DNA of 64,000 nucleotides from a bacterium (GTDB taxonomy: Bacteria > Electryoneota > Electryoneia > Electryoneales > Electryoneaceae): NCBI GenBank assembly GCA_043801585.1, contig JAZDLX010000184.1, positions 1 to 64,000 of the forward strand, read 5' to 3'. The translations under genes were made by a program, and so were the position numbers. How positions within the stretch are numbered: position 1 is the stretch's first letter; each line of letters starts with the position of its first letter. The notes below the pieces were generated by a model that was not told the origin of the DNA, searched no databases, and worked only from the letters and a program-made list of their open reading frames with translations. Positions 27,841 through 37,324 of the stretch are shown here, in pieces.

Positions 27841-30041
27841 ACCCGACCCTCCTTTTCGATGGCATTTCGCTTATTGCCTCGCTTGCGCTGACCGCAGCAG
27901 TAGTCGCAAGCTGGCGACGATTTTACATTCCCACGGAGACGAAAATCCTGGTCTCCCTGATGCTGTTGACGGTGATCTTCAGAAGTATTTCCAACGTTCT
28001 CGAATGGAGTGGAATTTCCACCGCTCTCGATATCTACGAAGATTACACCGAGCTTCTGCTTCCGCTGATCTGGATTTTCTTGCTGATCAGCCTGATGCAC
28101 AACGAATCCAAGAAGCGACTGGAACTCAGCGAGGAGCGGTATCGGACAGTCACGTCCATGACCAATGACTTCGTGTATTCGATCGCCATCCATGAAGACG
28201 GCACGATTGGCGAACTTTGGATTGGCGGGGCTTTTGAGCAGATCACCGGCTACAAGATCGAGGCGATAAACATCGAAACGAGCTGGAACCAACTTGTACA
28301 CCCGGAAGACAAGGCTAACGCTCATGAATCTCTGATCGATGCCCTTGCAAATCGAAAGAGTTCGTGCGATTACAGGATCATCAGGAACGATGGTAAAACG
28401 ATCTGGGTTCATGATTCACGATTTCCGGTGGTCGATCCGGTAACGAAACAGGTCGTACGCATCTACGGGACCGTTCGTGATGCAACGGATCTCTTTTTAA
28501 GCTCCCAGGCGTTGAATGAAATCGAGAATCGTCTCAATCGAGCGCAAGCTGTCGCGCATGTCGGGAATTGGGAAATCGACCTGGCGACGAACGCCATGAA
28601 AGCCTCCGAGGAATCCTACCGGCTTTATGGATTTAAACATTTTGAGCCTGAGATGCCGCTGAAGAAGGTTCAATCGTCAGTGATGCCGGAAGATCGGCCA
28701 CGCATGGATGCAGCCTTACGCGATCTCCTGCTGGGGAAAGCCGAATACAATGTTCGATTTCGCATCCGCCGTGCCAACGACGGTGCGATCCGCCACATTC
28801 AATCTCAGGCGGATATTGAACGTGATGCTTTAGGCAACCCGAAACGGGTTATCGGTACAATCCAGGATGTTACCGAACTGGTCAGCCTCGAGGAACAGTA
28901 CTACCAGGCACAGAAAATGGAGGCGATTGGTCAATTCGCGGGAGGAGTGGCACACGATATCAACAACCTGATCACGACGATCATCGGACATACGGAACTC
29001 ATCCATCTTCAGCTCGAAAAGGGCAGTCACGAAAAAGCGAAGAAAAACCTCGATGAAATCCTGAAGGCCTCCGAACGTGCCGCAACCCTGAATAGACGGC
29101 TGCTCACCTTCAGCAGAAAACACGATGTGGAACTGCGGGTGGTCAGCATCAATTCCGTCATTGGCAACCTCGAAAATCTGTTGCGGCGGATCATCGGAGA
29201 AGAAATCGCCCTGAATGTCGAGTATTCCGATGACAATCCCTGTACCCGGGCGGATGTGTCCTACCTCGAACAAATCGTCATGAACGTGATTGTCAACGCT
29301 CGGGATGCAATGCCAAACGGCGGCCTTCTCAATATTCGCACTCGGACCAGGATTGTTAAAAATGAAATGGCTGTTGGAACTCCCGAACCCTTCAGCGGAA
29401 AGTACGCCGTCATCACCATTGAGGACAGCGGCACGGGGATGACGCATGAGCAGATGAAACACATCTTTGAACCGTTCTTCACGACCAAGGAAGCGGGCAT
29501 AGGCACCGGATTGGGCCTGTCGACGGTTTCCGGTTTGGTCAAGCAACTTGATGGGCATGTCCAGGTCGAGAGCACTTCGGGAAAGGGGACCACATTCCAC
29601 ATCTGCCTGCCCAGTGTAAATCCGACTGAATTGAAAATGGAATCGATTAAAACGACTCCTTTGGCGTCACACGGCAACGAAGTCATCCTGTTCGTGGAAG
29701 ATGATGACGCAGTGAGAAAACTCGCCACGAGTATTCTCCGCACGCACGGCTATCATGTCTACGATGCGGCTCATGCCCATGAGGCGATCGAAATCGCGGG
29801 GACGCTGAAAGAAAAACCGGATCTTATCATCACGGATGTTGTAATGCCTGACATCCGGGGTCCCGAAATGATCCTTGAACTGCGCAAGATCTGGCCAATG
29901 GTCAAAGCGCTCTATATCTCAGGGTATGAAGCGCGTTCGAACAACTTGATACCGGACGATGCGCCGTTCCTGCGGAAACCCTTCACTGTGCATTCATTGA
30001 CTGCAGCGGTTCGTGAGATTCTGGACGGCACCCCTCTTTAA
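27837..30041 (+). CDS. Membrane-bound hybrid sensor histidine kinase (TM, 2 PAS, HisKA, HATPase, REC)
   Basis: Start placed at MNPTLL. AGGVAHDINN H-box, NARDAM, FEPFFTTK, GTGLGLS, REC ITDVVMP; PAS motifs VHPED and VMPED. Confidence 0.93.
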   Translation: MNPTLLFDGISLIASLALTAAVVASWRRFYIPTETKILVSLMLLTVIFRSISNVLEWSGISTALDIYEDYTELLLPLIWIFLLISLMHNESKKRLELSEERYRTVTSMTNDFVYSIAIHEDGTIGELWIGGAFEQITGYKIEAINIETSWNQLVHPEDKANAHESLIDALANRKSSCDYRIIRNDGKTIWVHDSRFPVVDPVTKQVVRIYGTVRDATDLFLSSQALNEIENRLNRAQAVAHVGNWEIDLATNAMKASEESYRLYGFKHFEPEMPLKKVQSSVMPEDRPRMDAALRDLLLGKAEYNVRFRIRRANDGAIRHIQSQADIERDALGNPKRVIGTIQDVTELVSLEEQYYQAQKMEAIGQFAGGVAHDINNLITTIIGHTELIHLQLEKGSHEKAKKNLDEILKASERAATLNRRLLTFSRKHDVELRVVSINSVIGNLENLLRRIIGEEIALNVEYSDDNPCTRADVSYLEQIVMNVIVNARDAMPNGGLLNIRTRTRIVKNEMAVGTPEPFSGKYAVITIEDSGTGMTHEQMKHIFEPFFTTKEAGIGTGLGLSTVSGLVKQLDGHVQVESTSGKGTTFHICLPSVNPTELKMESIKTTPLASHGNEVILFVEDDDAVRKLATSILRTHGYHVYDAAHAHEAIEIAGTLKEKPDLIITDVVMPDIRGPEMILELRKIWPMVKALYISGYEARSNNLIPDDAPFLRKPFTVHSLTAAVREILDGTPL

Positions 30042-30061
30042 GTTTCACGGCAATCCTGACA

Positions 30062-30937
30062 TCAGGGAAACAGAACGACTCCCACCCGGAGCGCACGAGT
30101 ATCCCGATTGTAAAGCCTGATGCTTTCTCCCCGTCCTGTGAAGTACTGCAGCATCAATGTGGGCATCCAGGCGAGACGGCTGTCGAGGAGCACGGGGTGT
30201 GCAAAGATATCCAACTGGAACCTTTTCAGGATTCTTCCGGAAACGCCCCAATTGGTTTCCGCGTGAACGCCGAGCACACGCATTCCATCCGGATACCGTT
30301 GAAGCAGCGGTTGCCAGTTCACCGCTACGTCACCCCACCCCAGGTGATCCTCGATATCAGGATTGTCCATATCGTTGAACGGTACCCAGACACTCAAACG
30401 CATCAGCAGGGGATGGTTGGTCAGATCTCCGAATTCAATTCGCAGGATTGCACGGTTCCACGTCCTGCTCGCCTCTCCCCCCAATCCATTTGATTGATGG
30501 GTATACGATATTCGTACCGATGGTTTCGACCATGACCACGCATTCCCGAGTTTCGCGTAACCGTTGTCCCAATAGACAAACACTTCCGGCGTGTACGTGT
30601 TTTCCAACGCCGGGGAGTTCTTGGTGTAGGGATCCCAGAAGGACGATTGGGTGAAGGACGCGTATATGCCGTCCGCATTTTTCCCAAACGGGATCACCTG
30701 CGCCTGCAGGACAAATCGGAATTTCATCTGGTTGTGCGAATCGGTGAAAAGGTCGTTGGTCTTTCCGTTTTTCTCGGAACCGAATCCAGCGAGGAACCAA
30801 CTGGGATCCGCCAGACCAAACCTTCGTGGGGCATCCGCATGTTGCTCCACCTGCGCATCTGCGGAAACATCGCAAAGGAGGGCAAGCAGGCCGGCGACGA
30901 ACATTGACAGTGCACGATTCATCCAGCGAAAATACAA
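30062..30937 (-). CDS. pldA: Outer-membrane phospholipase A (OMPLA)
   Basis: Signal peptide; FTQSSFW, ENTYTPEVF, HQSNG..SRTWNR active-site motif, QYFTGRGES..YN. Confidence 0.85.
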   Translation of the reverse strand: MYFRWMNRALSMFVAGLLALLCDVSADAQVEQHADAPRRFGLADPSWFLAGFGSEKNGKTNDLFTDSHNQMKFRFVLQAQVIPFGKNADGIYASFTQSSFWDPYTKNSPALENTYTPEVFVYWDNGYAKLGNAWSWSKPSVRISYTHQSNGLGGEASRTWNRAILRIEFGDLTNHPLLMRLSVWVPFNDMDNPDIEDHLGWGDVAVNWQPLLQRYPDGMRVLGVHAETNWGVSGRILKRFQLDIFAHPVLLDSRLAWMPTLMLQYFTGRGESIRLYNRDTRALRVGVVLFP

Positions 30938-30988
30938 AAAAGAGGGACAACGTTGCTGACGTTGTCCCCTATCGCGAACCTCTTCGGG

Positions 30989-33900
30989 CTATACCTTTTT
31001 CACTTGAAGTGTTGCTTCCGCCGCGCCTACCCGGGTCGTTTCCGACCCCTGCGCGCCTTTCAGCTTCTCGTTGATCTTCATCTTAACGGACAGAGTCTCA
31101 TCACGGACCGTACCATTATGTTCATCGAGTGCCTTCAGAAGATCCGCGGCATCTGTCATCACCGCGAGCTCGATCCTGTCCTCCACATCGAAACCGGTGT
31201 CTTTTCGCAGCACCTGAACCTTGCGGATCAGGTCACGCACGAGACCCTCACGCAGCAATTCATCGCTGAGGCGTATGTCAAGGGCAACCACGATCGGCTG
31301 GTTCTCCACTTCACCGGCAACGATGGTATCCCGGGGATGGGAGACGAATTTGAACAGTTCCGCGGGAACCGGAATGTCCACGCCTGAAAGCTTCAGTTCA
31401 CCGCTCTTACGGACCGTTTCAACATACTGCTGCATGGTTTCCGCATCTGCCTTGTCGAGAGCCGCCTTGACCCTGGGCGCATCCCCCCGAAGCACCTTGC
31501 CGGCAGACACAAGATCCAACATCAGCGCCTCTTCATCCAGCGCGTTTCGATGGTCGGCGAACTCGATGGTTTTGACGTTCAATTCATCGGCGATGGTCGC
31601 CACATCCTGTTTGATTATTTCCTGGAGATCCGATTCGCAGACGACATACAGCGTCTGCAGCGGCTGGCGGACCTTCAGCTGAGCCTGGTTGCGGAGGTTC
31701 AAGGCGGCGCGGATCACAGCACGATTCGTGAAAATTTCACCGAGCAGTTCGTCATCCACGCGGCTCTCGTCGGCAACGGGCCAATCGGCGAGATGAACGG
31801 ATTCCACGGCGGATTTATCGAAGGGACGCACCGCCTCCTGCCAGATGTGCTCCGTGAGGAAGGGAATGATCGGCGCCATCACGCGCAGGATGGTCCTGAT
31901 CGCCAAAGAAAGCACGACATACGCCGTGCGTTTGGAGTCACCGTCGGACTCTTTCCAAAATCGGCGGCGGTTGACACGAACATAAAAATTCGAGAGTTCA
32001 TCGACGAACGTTTCAAATTCCCGGACGACGACCGTTGTGTTGTAGTCGTCATAGGCTGCCGTGCAACGGTCGAGGAATGCCTCTGTTCGCGCCAATGCCC
32101 AGCGGTCGCTGCGGGTCAACGCCTCTTCCACGATGGTTGTGCCGGTCAGATCGAGCTTGTCAAGCTGGGCATAGGTGTTGAAGAAAACGAAGATGTTCCA
32201 GAACCCAAGCAGTTTCCGGTGAACCTCCCAACCGAGATTGAAGCCGAAGCGGACATTCTGAACTGGATTCGCGGCACAGAAAAGGTAGCGCATGGCATCC
32301 GCGCCGATCTTGTCCGCAGCTTCGTCAAACTGGATCATGTAGCCGGTTTTACTGAACCGTCCGCCCTCTTCCGAGACGACGGATTCGTGGGCAAGAACCC
32401 GCTGATAGGGCGACCGGCCCGAGATCGTGACCCCCATGAAGAGCATCGAGTAGAACCACAGGCGCACCTGCTCGCGCATTTCACAGATCCACTCGGCGGG
32501 GTACCATTTCTTCTCCCACTCCTCCCGGTCACGGAAATACCCGCGAGTCGTGTAAGGAACGATCCCTGCATCGAGCCAGACATCCCCCACCTCCGGAATA
32601 CGTGTCACACCCTCCGCGTGGCAATGGGGGCAGGTGATCGTGATCGAATCGATCCATGGGCGATGCAATTCCGGGAGGTTGTCGACGGCGGGACCACCCA
32701 ATTCCCTGAGATGGTCTCGGCTTCCGACGACAGTCACCTCACCGCATTCGTGGCAAACGTAGAAGGGAAGCGGCATTCCATAAAACCGTTTCCGGCTGAT
32801 GTTCCAATCACCCATGTTCTGCAGCCAATCCTGCATCAGCAGACCTGCATGCGCCGGTCGCCAGTCAACCTCCGCTGCAGCTTTCAGCAGTTGCGGCTTC
32901 AACTCATCGGTGCGGATGAACCAGGCATTGACCAGCTTGAACATGATCGGTGTCTTGCAGCGCCAGCAAACCGGGTAACTGTGGGTGTAATCGTGGTCGT
33001 AAAACAGCTTTCCAAGTTTCCTGATCTCCGCGATCACATCGTCGGCGACCTGGGAAGCATCGCGCCCCTCGAGCCACCCATACCCGTTGACATACACTCC
33101 TGCTTCATCAATCGGCTCGAGGCTGGGCAACCCCAACGAGTTGCCGAGTTCAAAGTCTTCCGCGCCGCAACCCGGTGCAATGTGAACGACCCCCGTTCCC
33201 TCCTCGGCATCCACCTCATCCCAGGAGACGATCTTATGTGCACCCATCGCTGCCTGCGCCGGGAGATCGGGGAACACCGTCTCGTAATGAAGCCCGAACA
33301 GTTCTTCGCCTTTGAAAACGCGTAACACCTTGAACTTCACATGGTCAATCGCCTTCAGCGCGTCTTTACCGATGATGAGTGTCCCCTCCTGCCCTGCAAC
33401 GGAGATTTCGGCGTATTCGATTGCAGGATTGATCGCGAGCGCAACGTTGGCGGCGAGTGTCCACGGTGTGGTCGTCCAAACGAGAACACGTTGTCCCGGC
33501 CTCTCTACGATGGGCAGAGCGACGATCAACGAACGGTGTGTCATCTCACGGTGCGAACCGCTCATCTCATGTTCGGAAAGGGATGTGCCGCAGCGGGTGC
33601 ACCATGACATGGCGCGCTTGTCAGTGTAGATCCAGCCTTTGTCGTGGAGCGTTCTCAGGAAATGCCAGATACCCTGGATGTTCTCATCGGTATGAGTGTA
33701 GTAGCTGTTCGGCCAGTCCATCCACTGTCCCAATCGGATCGACTGCTCTGTCTGTTTAGTGGAATAATTCTTGACTCGGGCCTTGCAGGCGTTGACGAAT
33801 TTCTCAATGCCGAATTTCTCGATCTCGGATTTGTCCTTGAAGCCGATTTCCTTCTCGACCTCGACCTCGACCCAGAGACCCTGGCTGTCGAATCCGTTCT

Positions 33901-34174
33901 GCCAATGGGTATCATATCCTCGGAGGGTTTTGTACCTGACGAAAACATCTTTCAGAGTGCGTCCCCACGCATGATGCACTCCCATGGGATTGTTGGCGGT
34001 AATCGGTCCGTCAAGAAAACGGAACGTGGGTCCTCCCGCCAACTTCTCACGGAGCTTGTCGAAACAGTTGTGTTCTTTCCAGAACGCCAGCACATCATGC
34101 TCGATCTGGATGAAATTCACACCGCTGCTTCCCTCGTCATGCGCTTTGTCATTGCCTCCGTTGACGCTACTCAT
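30989..34174 (-). CDS. ileS: Isoleucine--tRNA ligase, type 2, with altered signature motifs
   Basis: DGPITAN.PMGVHH, WTTTPWTL, GTGVVHIAPG, DWNISRKRFYG, DVWLDAG and C-terminal EGLVRDLIRKVQVLRK..F.VEDRI (IleRS2 type). An alternative start lies at 34195. Confidence 0.95.
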   Translation of the reverse strand: MSSVNGGNDKAHDEGSSGVNFIQIEHDVLAFWKEHNCFDKLREKLAGGPTFRFLDGPITANNPMGVHHAWGRTLKDVFVRYKTLRGYDTHWQNGFDSQGLWVEVEVEKEIGFKDKSEIEKFGIEKFVNACKARVKNYSTKQTEQSIRLGQWMDWPNSYYTHTDENIQGIWHFLRTLHDKGWIYTDKRAMSWCTRCGTSLSEHEMSGSHREMTHRSLIVALPIVERPGQRVLVWTTTPWTLAANVALAINPAIEYAEISVAGQEGTLIIGKDALKAIDHVKFKVLRVFKGEELFGLHYETVFPDLPAQAAMGAHKIVSWDEVDAEEGTGVVHIAPGCGAEDFELGNSLGLPSLEPIDEAGVYVNGYGWLEGRDASQVADDVIAEIRKLGKLFYDHDYTHSYPVCWRCKTPIMFKLVNAWFIRTDELKPQLLKAAAEVDWRPAHAGLLMQDWLQNMGDWNISRKRFYGMPLPFYVCHECGEVTVVGSRDHLRELGGPAVDNLPELHRPWIDSITITCPHCHAEGVTRIPEVGDVWLDAGIVPYTTRGYFRDREEWEKKWYPAEWICEMREQVRLWFYSMLFMGVTISGRSPYQRVLAHESVVSEEGGRFSKTGYMIQFDEAADKIGADAMRYLFCAANPVQNVRFGFNLGWEVHRKLLGFWNIFVFFNTYAQLDKLDLTGTTIVEEALTRSDRWALARTEAFLDRCTAAYDDYNTTVVVREFETFVDELSNFYVRVNRRRFWKESDGDSKRTAYVVLSLAIRTILRVMAPIIPFLTEHIWQEAVRPFDKSAVESVHLADWPVADESRVDDELLGEIFTNRAVIRAALNLRNQAQLKVRQPLQTLYVVCESDLQEIIKQDVATIADELNVKTIEFADHRNALDEEALMLDLVSAGKVLRGDAPRVKAALDKADAETMQQYVETVRKSGELKLSGVDIPVPAELFKFVSHPRDTIVAGEVENQPIVVALDIRLSDELLREGLVRDLIRKVQVLRKDTGFDVEDRIELAVMTDAADLLKALDEHNGTVRDETLSVKMKINEKLKGAQGSETTRVGAAEATLQVKKV

Positions 34175-34464
34175 CTTTCTCGCCTCGTGCTGCATCGTAG
34201 TGTGTTGATCCGCCGTCTACATCCCAGGATAGGGATGTATGAAACCACTGTCTCCATTCGTTCACCAGAATCACCTCAGGAACGAGATACGGCTTCGAGC
34301 AGGTCAATATAGGAAACACGGCGCCCGAACGCAGATACCGGAAGATGCTGTCCGAGACGGCTCGAGAATGGTTGATGAAACATTTTTTACCGGTCAACGC
34401 CTTCGGCTGGGAGACTGTGGAGACACACCCGGGAGTACGTCTTAATCGTTTCGGGTTTCTCCAC

Positions 34465-34493
34465 TTGATCCTTCGTCCGAAACCCTCTATGTT
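34465..34493 (+). promoter_or_regulatory. Putative sigma-70 promoter of the aromatic amino acid superoperon
   Basis: TTGATC (34465-34470), 17-nt spacer, TATGTT (34488-34493); ends 8 nt before the leader ATG. Confidence 0.55.
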
Positions 34494-34501
34494 GGTTTGT
34501 C

Positions 34502-34639
34502 ATGATGGATCGATTGCACAAGACGAGCGCACAGCAGGGTTGGTGGCGCAGCGAAAGCACTGCTTGGTGGTGGTATTACGCCAGGCCGGTGGGCGCCTCC
34601 GTCCGCTCGTTCGCATCCGTCTTCAGGACTCCCCTATAG
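34502..34639 (+). CDS. trpL: Attenuator leader peptide, Trp/Tyr-rich (MMDRLHKTSAQQGWWRSESTAWWWYYARPVGASVRSFASVFRTPL)
   Basis: Hand translation gives a 45-aa ORF with 5 Trp (WW, WWW) and tandem Tyr, directly upstream of an intrinsic terminator and the aro/trp operon. Confidence 0.85.
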   Translation: MMDRLHKTSAQQGWWRSESTAWWWYYARPVGASVRSFASVFRTPL

Positions 34640-34662
34640 CGTTACGGATCAACGGCGAAGAC

Positions 34663-34696
34663 AACGCCCACCGGAATTTCCGGTGGGCGTTTTTTT
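34663..34696 (+). terminator. Attenuator (intrinsic terminator) of the aro/trp leader
   Basis: AACGCCCACCGGA-att-TCCGGTGGGCGTT followed by a T-run. Its 5' arm is complementary to CCGGTGGGCG at 34586-34595 (antiterminator). Confidence 0.9.
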
Positions 34697-34739
34697 ATTG
34701 CCCGCCGGCACGTGAAACACGGCAGAAAGGAGCAGCGAG

Positions 34740-35771
34740 GTGATCATCGTTTTGAAGCCGGGCACGGACAAGAAGATCATCCAGGAGATACTGGATCATA
34801 TCGCCGAAACAGGCTTGAAGCCCCTGTACATGCCGGGGGAAGAGCGGGTTGTTCTCGGTGCGATCGGGGACGAACGGATTCTGGGCAAACTTCACCTTGA
34901 AAACCATCCCAGTGTCGAAGAGGTGAAGCCTGTCCTCGCTCCCTACAAGATGGTCAGCCGGGAGATCCATCCGGACGACACGGTGGTGTCCATCGGCGGG
35001 GTTCCTGTCGGAAATGGATTTTTCACGGTCATCGCCGGTCCCTGCGCCGTGGAAAGTCTCGATCAGATGCGGGAAACCGGACATGCCGTGGTGGCGGCGG
35101 GAGCCTCAGCCCTGCGCGGTGGGGCGTTCAAGCCCCGCACCAGCCCCTACTCCTTTCAGGGTCTGGGAGTGGAGGGCCTCGAGATTCTGTCTCAGGTGTC
35201 GCGGGAGTTGGGCGTTCCGACCGTTACCGAAGTTGTCGAGGTCGGGGACATCGAGGCCGTGGAACAACATTCCGACGCCTTTCAGGTCGGCGCACGCAAC
35301 ATGCAGAATTTCCGGCTCCTGATGGAACTGGGACAGTGCCGCAAGCCGGTTCTGCTGAAGCGAGGAATGGCGGCCACCATCGAGGACCTTCTGATGGCCG
35401 CCGAATACATCCTCTCGCAGGGAAACTCAAACGTCATCCTCTGCGAACGCGGCATCCGAACCTTCGAAACCGCCACTCGCAACACTCTCGATCTGAACGC
35501 CGTTCCCTTTATCAAGCAACGCAGCCACCTGCCGGTTCTCGTCGATCCCTCTCACGGCACAGGATTGCGTGAACTTGTGGCACCAATGTCTCTCGCGGCG
35601 GCGGCGGCCGGAGCGGATGGCCTGTTGATCGAGGTGCACAGGAATCCCGCACAAGCTCTTTCGGATGGACGGCAATCCCTCTTCCCCGATCAGTTTGCAG
35701 ATCTCATGGACAGGCTTCGTCCGTTGGTTTCTGCGCTTGGACGAAAACTGAACACAACGGTGGCGGCATGA
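34740..35771 (+). CDS. aroF: DAHP synthase, class I-beta with N-terminal ACT-like domain
   Basis: [44 protein letters not shown] and DPSHGTG motifs. Confidence 0.96.
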   Translation: MIIVLKPGTDKKIIQEILDHIAETGLKPLYMPGEERVVLGAIGDERILGKLHLENHPSVEEVKPVLAPYKMVSREIHPDDTVVSIGGVPVGNGFFTVIAGPCAVESLDQMRETGHAVVAAGASALRGGAFKPRTSPYSFQGLGVEGLEILSQVSRELGVPTVTEVVEVGDIEAVEQHSDAFQVGARNMQNFRLLMELGQCRKPVLLKRGMAATIEDLLMAAEYILSQGNSNVILCERGIRTFETATRNTLDLNAVPFIKQRSHLPVLVDPSHGTGLRELVAPMSLAAAAAGADGLLIEVHRNPAQALSDGRQSLFPDQFADLMDRLRPLVSALGRKLNTTVAA

Positions 35772-37324
35772 ACAGCGACTATCCAAAACGTTCCGTGGCT
35801 GCCGGCACCATCCACCGCGAAGTGGACCCATTTGCCCTCTACCGCCATTTGACTGGGGGAGCACCGGACACCGCCCTGCTCGAATCCCGCGATGGGAACG
35901 GTAAGAACAACACACAAAGCCTGCTTCTGGTACGTTCCGCCCTTCGCATCGAGGGTTACGGACGTCGGGTCAAGGTCACCCCTCTCACTGATGCCGGACG
36001 TTCGGTCCTCGAATCGCAACATGACCGATTGGTAAAAGTGGGAACAGCCAACTCTGAAGGAGACAGCCTTGTCATCGAGTTTCCACCCCTCGATGGGAAT
36101 GCCAGCGAGGAGGAGCGGCTTTTGGCTAACGGTCCGCTGGATATCCTGCGGACATTCGCTTTCGGCTGGAATGGACAGGAGAAAACACCGATTCTGTTGA
36201 CGGGGATGCTCGGGTATGATTTTCTGGAAACCTTTGAGAAACTCCCGCCTCCGAAGCGAGATGGCCTGAACACTCCGGACCTTCTCTTCGAACTTCCCGA
36301 AGTGCTCGTCCGCGTCGACCATCTCCACCGCGAAGTCCAGGTCCAGGTGCATTCCTACGGCAACCGAAAGCCCGATGATAAAGCGCTCGCTGAGGTCGTG
36401 AATGCCGTACAGGCCTTCCCCGAAATGGACACAGCCTCCGTTTTCACCCAAGTTCCCGAAAAAATGCCGTCCGGCTTCCACGTGGATCTCGACGATTCAG
36501 CTTACCGCGCCATTGTCGAGTTGATGAAGCGCCACATTGTCGCCGGGGATGTCTTCCAGATTGTCCCGTCCCGCACCTTCAGCCTGCCCTGCAGGGACGC
36601 AATGCAAGCATACCATGCATTGCGGGATTTGAATCCAAGCCCTTACCTGTTCTATCTCGCAGACAGGGATTTTACACTCTTTGGATCTTCGCCGGAGACC
36701 TGCGTTCGCGTGGCTGGCAATCCGCGAAAAGTCACCCTCTTCCCCATCGCCGGAACACGTCCACGTGGCAGAAACGGGGACGGCAGCCTCGATGTTGACC
36801 TCGACAACCGGCTTGAAGCAGAGCTGAAACTGCACGGGAAAGAGCTGGCTGAGCACATGATGCTCGTGGACCTGGCGCGCAACGATGTCGCCCGCATCAG
36901 CAATCCCGGGACACGGCGGGTTTCCCGCCTGCTCGAAATCGAACGGTACAGCCATGTAATGCATCTCGTCAGCCGGGTTGAGGGAACCTTGCGCGACGGG
37001 TACGACGCTCTGCACGCCTACCTCGCAACCATGACGATGGGAACACTCACAGGAGCTCCGAAAGTCGAAGCCGCCCGTTTGCTGCGAAAACACGAAGCGG
37101 ATCGACGCGGACCCTATGGAGGCGCCGTGGGCTACCTGACGTCTGAAGGGATTCTCGACACCGCTATCGTGATCCGCTCAGCCGTCGTCCTCAGTGGGAT
37201 CGCTCATGTCCGCGCGGGAGCCGGAATCGTGTTCGATTCTCAGCCGCAGGCGGAAGCGGATGAAACCCGCAGCAAGGCGAATGCGGTTCTTCAGGCGATA
37301 GCACTTTCGGAAGGAGGCCGGTGA
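35768..37324 (+). CDS. trpE: Anthranilate synthase component I
   Basis: ALLES, GDVFQIVPSR, NPSPY, PIAGTRPRG, KELAEHMMLVDLARND and GTLTGAPK motifs. Confidence 0.96.
   Translation: MNSDYPKRSVAAGTIHREVDPFALYRHLTGGAPDTALLESRDGNGKNNTQSLLLVRSALRIEGYGRRVKVTPLTDAGRSVLESQHDRLVKVGTANSEGDSLVIEFPPLDGNASEEERLLANGPLDILRTFAFGWNGQEKTPILLTGMLGYDFLETFEKLPPPKRDGLNTPDLLFELPEVLVRVDHLHREVQVQVHSYGNRKPDDKALAEVVNAVQAFPEMDTASVFTQVPEKMPSGFHVDLDDSAYRAIVELMKRHIVAGDVFQIVPSRTFSLPCRDAMQAYHALRDLNPSPYLFYLADRDFTLFGSSPETCVRVAGNPRKVTLFPIAGTRPRGRNGDGSLDVDLDNRLEAELKLHGKELAEHMMLVDLARNDVARISNPGTRRVSRLLEIERYSHVMHLVSRVEGTLRDGYDALHAYLATMTMGTLTGAPKVEAARLLRKHEADRRGPYGGAVGYLTSEGILDTAIVIRSAVVLSGIAHVRAGAGIVFDSQPQAEADETRSKANAVLQAIALSEGGR

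Noticed and set aside
31550..33325. 591-aa plus-strand ORF (similarly 25461..27026, 59000..60367, 14439..15707, 53096..54160)
   Set aside because: These are antisense shadows of well-supported genes in GC-rich DNA and have no recognisable motifs.
34196..34460. T-box riboswitch upstream of ileS
   Set aside because: No T-box consensus (GGTGGNACCGCG) or terminator on the minus strand; only a short hairpin at about 34217-34239.
36630..36655. TrpE NPSPYL instead of NPSPYM as a feedback-resistance allele
   Set aside because: The LLES site is intact and Leu at this position is a conservative variant, so no phenotype can be inferred.
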